A stretch of DNA of 64,000 nt from positions 5,184,001-5,248,000 of the forward strand of contig CAWIAD010000002.1 in NCBI GenBank assembly GCA_963833985.1, given 5' to 3'. Source of the DNA: an uncultured Planctomycetaceae bacterium. GTDB lineage: Bacteria; Planctomycetota; Planctomycetia; Isosphaerales; Isosphaeraceae. Both the position numbers and the translations under genes were made by a program. The notes below the pieces were generated by a model, which saw only the letters and a list, made by a program, of their open reading frames with translations, made no database searches and was not told the DNA's origin. Shown here piece by piece: positions 61,228 through 64,000 of the stretch (within the stretch, counting starts at the first letter, position 1; each line of letters starts with the position of its first letter).

Positions 61228-61715
61228 CTACCAGGCCATGCCCTGGCAGCAGCCCCACCAGTCCTTTACGGATACAGCCCGAGCTTCCCACCGACCCCCG
61301 GCCGCAGGGCCATCCCCTTTTTCCTTCCCGATTCTCTAAACCTGAATATTTTTACATTGATTGCCGCCTGATCGGGTATTCTTTCGCCCGGCCGTTTCGC
61401 GGCAGGTTCCGAGGTTCCCTCTTCCCACAGAACGCAAAACTTGATAAGTAAAGGATTTGTGGAATATGTGCTGGCATCAATCTTTGCCCATTTGCTCCAT
61501 CTCACCACCCGTGGCGGGACGCGGCGAAGCGGCTTGCCGAATCCGACGCTTTGCCGTACAAAGTTTTCGCGGGTGGCATGTGGACATTCGGGTCCTGAGT
61601 GTCAACAATATCGAGAGCACCGGGCGCCCGGGGAGGCAAGCCCTGTGAACCCATCGTCCGCCAGCACGCTAGGGTTCCGCCCGGGTTCCTGGAACATGAC
61701 GTAACAAACTGTCCC

Positions 61716-62657
61716 ATGACACCTTGCCCCCAAATTTCGAGTGAGTTTTCGTTACGCGATTACCTGGAACAGGCGCGTCGCCAGGTGGATGACGCACTGG
61801 ATGGGTACTTACCGGAAGTTGAGAACGGCTGCGAAACGGCAACGCCGGCACGGCTGGCCGCGGCGATGCGTTACAGCGTCCTGGGAGGAGGCAAGCGGCT
61901 ACGGCCCCTGCTTTGCTTGATGGCCACCGAAGCCTGTGGTGGCGATGCGACCGCGGCGATGGGTCCGGCGTGCGCCCTGGAGCTGATCCATACGTATTCC
62001 CTGATCCACGACGACCTGCCCGCTATGGACAACGACGACCTGCGTCGCGGGAGGCCGACCTGCCACAAGCAGTTTGACGAGGCGACGGCCATTCTGGCCG
62101 GGGATGGTCTTTTGACCTTGGCGTTCGAGTTGATCGCTCAAGAAGTGGAACCGGCGGCCGCGGCGCTGCGGTGCGTGCAGATCCTGGCCGGGGCTGCCGG
62201 TCCGGCCGGCATGGTGGGGGGGCAAATGGCGGACCTCCAGGCGGAGCAGCAGCTCTGCGGACAGCACCTCGAAGGCTCGCTCTGCGCGCTCGAGGCCATC
62301 CATCGCCGCAAGACGGGTGCGTTGTTGCGGGCTCCGCTCCAGATGGGGGCAGTGATTGCGCATGCTCCCCAGGCACACCAGGAGGCCCTGGACGATTACG
62401 GGCGGGCCGTGGGCCTGGCGTTCCAGATCGTCGACGATCTGCTCGACGTGGAGGGGGACGAGACCAAGCTGGGCAAGCGCGTGGGCAAGGATTCCGGGCA
62501 CGGCAAATGGACTTATCCGCGGTTTCTGGGCGTTGATGGCAGCCGCCGTCGCGCCCGGCAGCTCGCCGACGAGGCCACGGCGGCGATCGCGCCTCTGGGT
62601 CCTCGCGGCTATCGTCTCCGCGAGCTGGCGCTGGCTCTTTTGGAAAGGGATCGTTGA
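61716..62657 (+). CDS. ispA: Polyprenyl (farnesyl/geranylgeranyl) diphosphate synthase
   Basis: GGKRLRP, LIHDDLPAMDNDDLRRG, KTG, FQIVDDLLD, GKD. Confidence 0.95.
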   Translation: MTPCPQISSEFSLRDYLEQARRQVDDALDGYLPEVENGCETATPARLAAAMRYSVLGGGKRLRPLLCLMATEACGGDATAAMGPACALELIHTYSLIHDDLPAMDNDDLRRGRPTCHKQFDEATAILAGDGLLTLAFELIAQEVEPAAAALRCVQILAGAAGPAGMVGGQMADLQAEQQLCGQHLEGSLCALEAIHRRKTGALLRAPLQMGAVIAHAPQAHQEALDDYGRAVGLAFQIVDDLLDVEGDETKLGKRVGKDSGHGKWTYPRFLGVDGSRRRARQLADEATAAIAPLGPRGYRLRELALALLERDR

Positions 62658-64000
62658 TGGTCAATGTGGACTCGTTGCTGGCACGGATTGCGACACCCGA
62701 TGATCTCAAGAACCTGTCCGAAAAGGAGCTTGATCAGCTTGCCGCCGAGATGCGAACCGAGCTCATCGGCGTGGTCGGCCGGCGGTCCGCGCACTTTGCA
62801 AGCAACCTTGGCGTGGTCGAGCTTTGCCTCGCCTTGCATCTTTCGTTCGACTTTTCGCAGGACCGGCTGATCTGGGACACGGGCCACCAGATCTACCCCC
62901 ACAAGCTGATCACCGGCCGGGCCGCGGAGCTGCACACCATCCGCACACGGGGCGGCCTGATGGGCTATCCCAACCCGGCCGAGAGCCCCTTCGATCTGTT
63001 CATGACCGGCCATGCCGGCTGCGCTCCCTCCACCGCCCTGGGGCTGAAGTTCGGCGACCAGCTCATGGGCCGGCCCGACCGCCATGCCGTGGCCGTCATC
63101 GGCGACGGGGCACTTCCTTCGGGCATCGTCTTCGAGGCGCTCAATGATGCCAGCGGCCGGAAAGCCAAGCTGCTGGTCATCCTCAATGATAACCAGATGT
63201 CAATCTGCCCGCGCGTCGGCGGCCTGGCCGACTACCTCGACCGCGCACGGATGTCGACCACCTATCACGACTGGAACAAGCGCGTCAAATCCCTCTTACC
63301 CAGCATCCCCTTAGTCGGCGAGCACGCCGAACGCTGGTTCCAGCAATTCAAGGACGCCATCAAGGCCTCGCTGCACCACGGCATGCTCTTCGAGGAGCTG
63401 GGCTTCACCTACCTGGGCCCGATTGACGGCCACGACCTGAAGTGTCTGCGCACATACCTTGAGAAGGTCAAGGCGATGGACGGGCCGATCCTCCTGCACG
63501 TGCTGACCAACAAGGGTCACGGCTTCGAGCCGGCCGTGAAGGACCCGGTCAAGTTCCACGCCCCGGCGCCGTTCCGCAAGGCCGAGAACGGCATCATCCC
63601 GCTCAAATCCTCGTCGAGCCGCACTTACACCGACGCCGTCAGCGATGCCCTGTTTGAGGCCTGCCGGCGGGACGCGCGCGTGGCCATCCTCACGGCAGCC
63701 ATGTGCGAGGGAAACAAGCTGCAAAAAGTCCGCGAGTCGTTCCCGGGCCAGTTCTTCGACGTGGGTATCTGCGAGAGCCACGCCGTGGCCTTTGCCGCCG
63801 GCATGGCCAAGGCCGGCGCACGGCCTGTCGTCGACATCTACAGCACGTTCCTTCAGCGGTCCTACGACCAGATCTTCCAGGAAGTCTCGCTCCAGAACTT
63901 GCCAGTGGTCTTCTGCCTCGACCGCGCCGGCCTGGTGGGCGCGGATGGTCCGACTCACCACGGCAGCTACGACATGGCCTACCTGCGCGTCTTCCCCAGC
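62657..64000 (+). CDS. dxs: 1-deoxy-D-xylulose-5-phosphate synthase (partial, runs off the window)
   Basis: TGATG overlap with ispA; HFASNLGVVEL, WDTGHQIYPHK, VIGDGAL, LNDN, GPIDGHD, FDVGICESH, DRAGLVGADGPTHHG. Confidence 0.96.
   Translation, partial: MVNVDSLLARIATPDDLKNLSEKELDQLAAEMRTELIGVVGRRSAHFASNLGVVELCLALHLSFDFSQDRLIWDTGHQIYPHKLITGRAAELHTIRTRGGLMGYPNPAESPFDLFMTGHAGCAPSTALGLKFGDQLMGRPDRHAVAVIGDGALPSGIVFEALNDASGRKAKLLVILNDNQMSICPRVGGLADYLDRARMSTTYHDWNKRVKSLLPSIPLVGEHAERWFQQFKDAIKASLHHGMLFEELGFTYLGPIDGHDLKCLRTYLEKVKAMDGPILLHVLTNKGHGFEPAVKDPVKFHAPAPFRKAENGIIPLKSSSSRTYTDAVSDALFEACRRDARVAILTAAMCEGNKLQKVRESFPGQFFDVGICESHAVAFAAGMAKAGARPVVDIYSTFLQRSYDQIFQEVSLQNLPVVFCLDRAGLVGADGPTHHGSYDMAYLRVFPS

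Noticed and set aside
1..64000. CRISPR arrays, tRNA or rRNA genes
   Set aside because: No regularly spaced direct repeats or recognisable structural RNA genes were seen on manual reading

Overview
GC-rich bacterial DNA, most likely a planctomycete of the Isosphaeraceae (Aquisphaera/Singulisphaera-like). This is inferred from a TIGR03067-type protein, a LEERxLLS planctomycete export signal and the general gene content. Housekeeping genes are nrdJ, rplU, xseA, xseB-ispA-dxs and a CobB-like sirtuin. Accessory content includes a secreted glycan-degradation cluster (5.1-12.7 kb), a KimA-like K+ transporter, an ArnT-type glycosyltransferase, a 1296-aa receptor-like membrane protein and a large Ig-repeat surface protein. 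The most striking element is a compact flagellum-derived operon at 26.4-37.5 kb (fliF-fliG*-fliO-fliP-fliQ-fliR-flhB*-flhA-flhF-flhG*-fliA) in which several motility-specific features appear selectively lost. FliG lacks its FliM-binding middle domain and most torque residues, FlhB has lost NPTH, the FliP Met gasket reads LYM, and FlhG is a 79-aa peptide that keeps only the DQAxxLR FlhF-activator helix and an amphipathic tail. This suggests a repurposed, non-motile, polarly placed export apparatus. A second candidate system is a hybrid Dlt/Alm-like envelope aminoacylation cluster (MBOAT-SGNH-adenylation-LpxL-like acyltransferase plus two SGNH-TPR proteins, 47.4-56.1 kb). About 12 short-indel frameshifts in otherwise intact genes most likely reflect long-read sequencing error rather than true pseudogenes.
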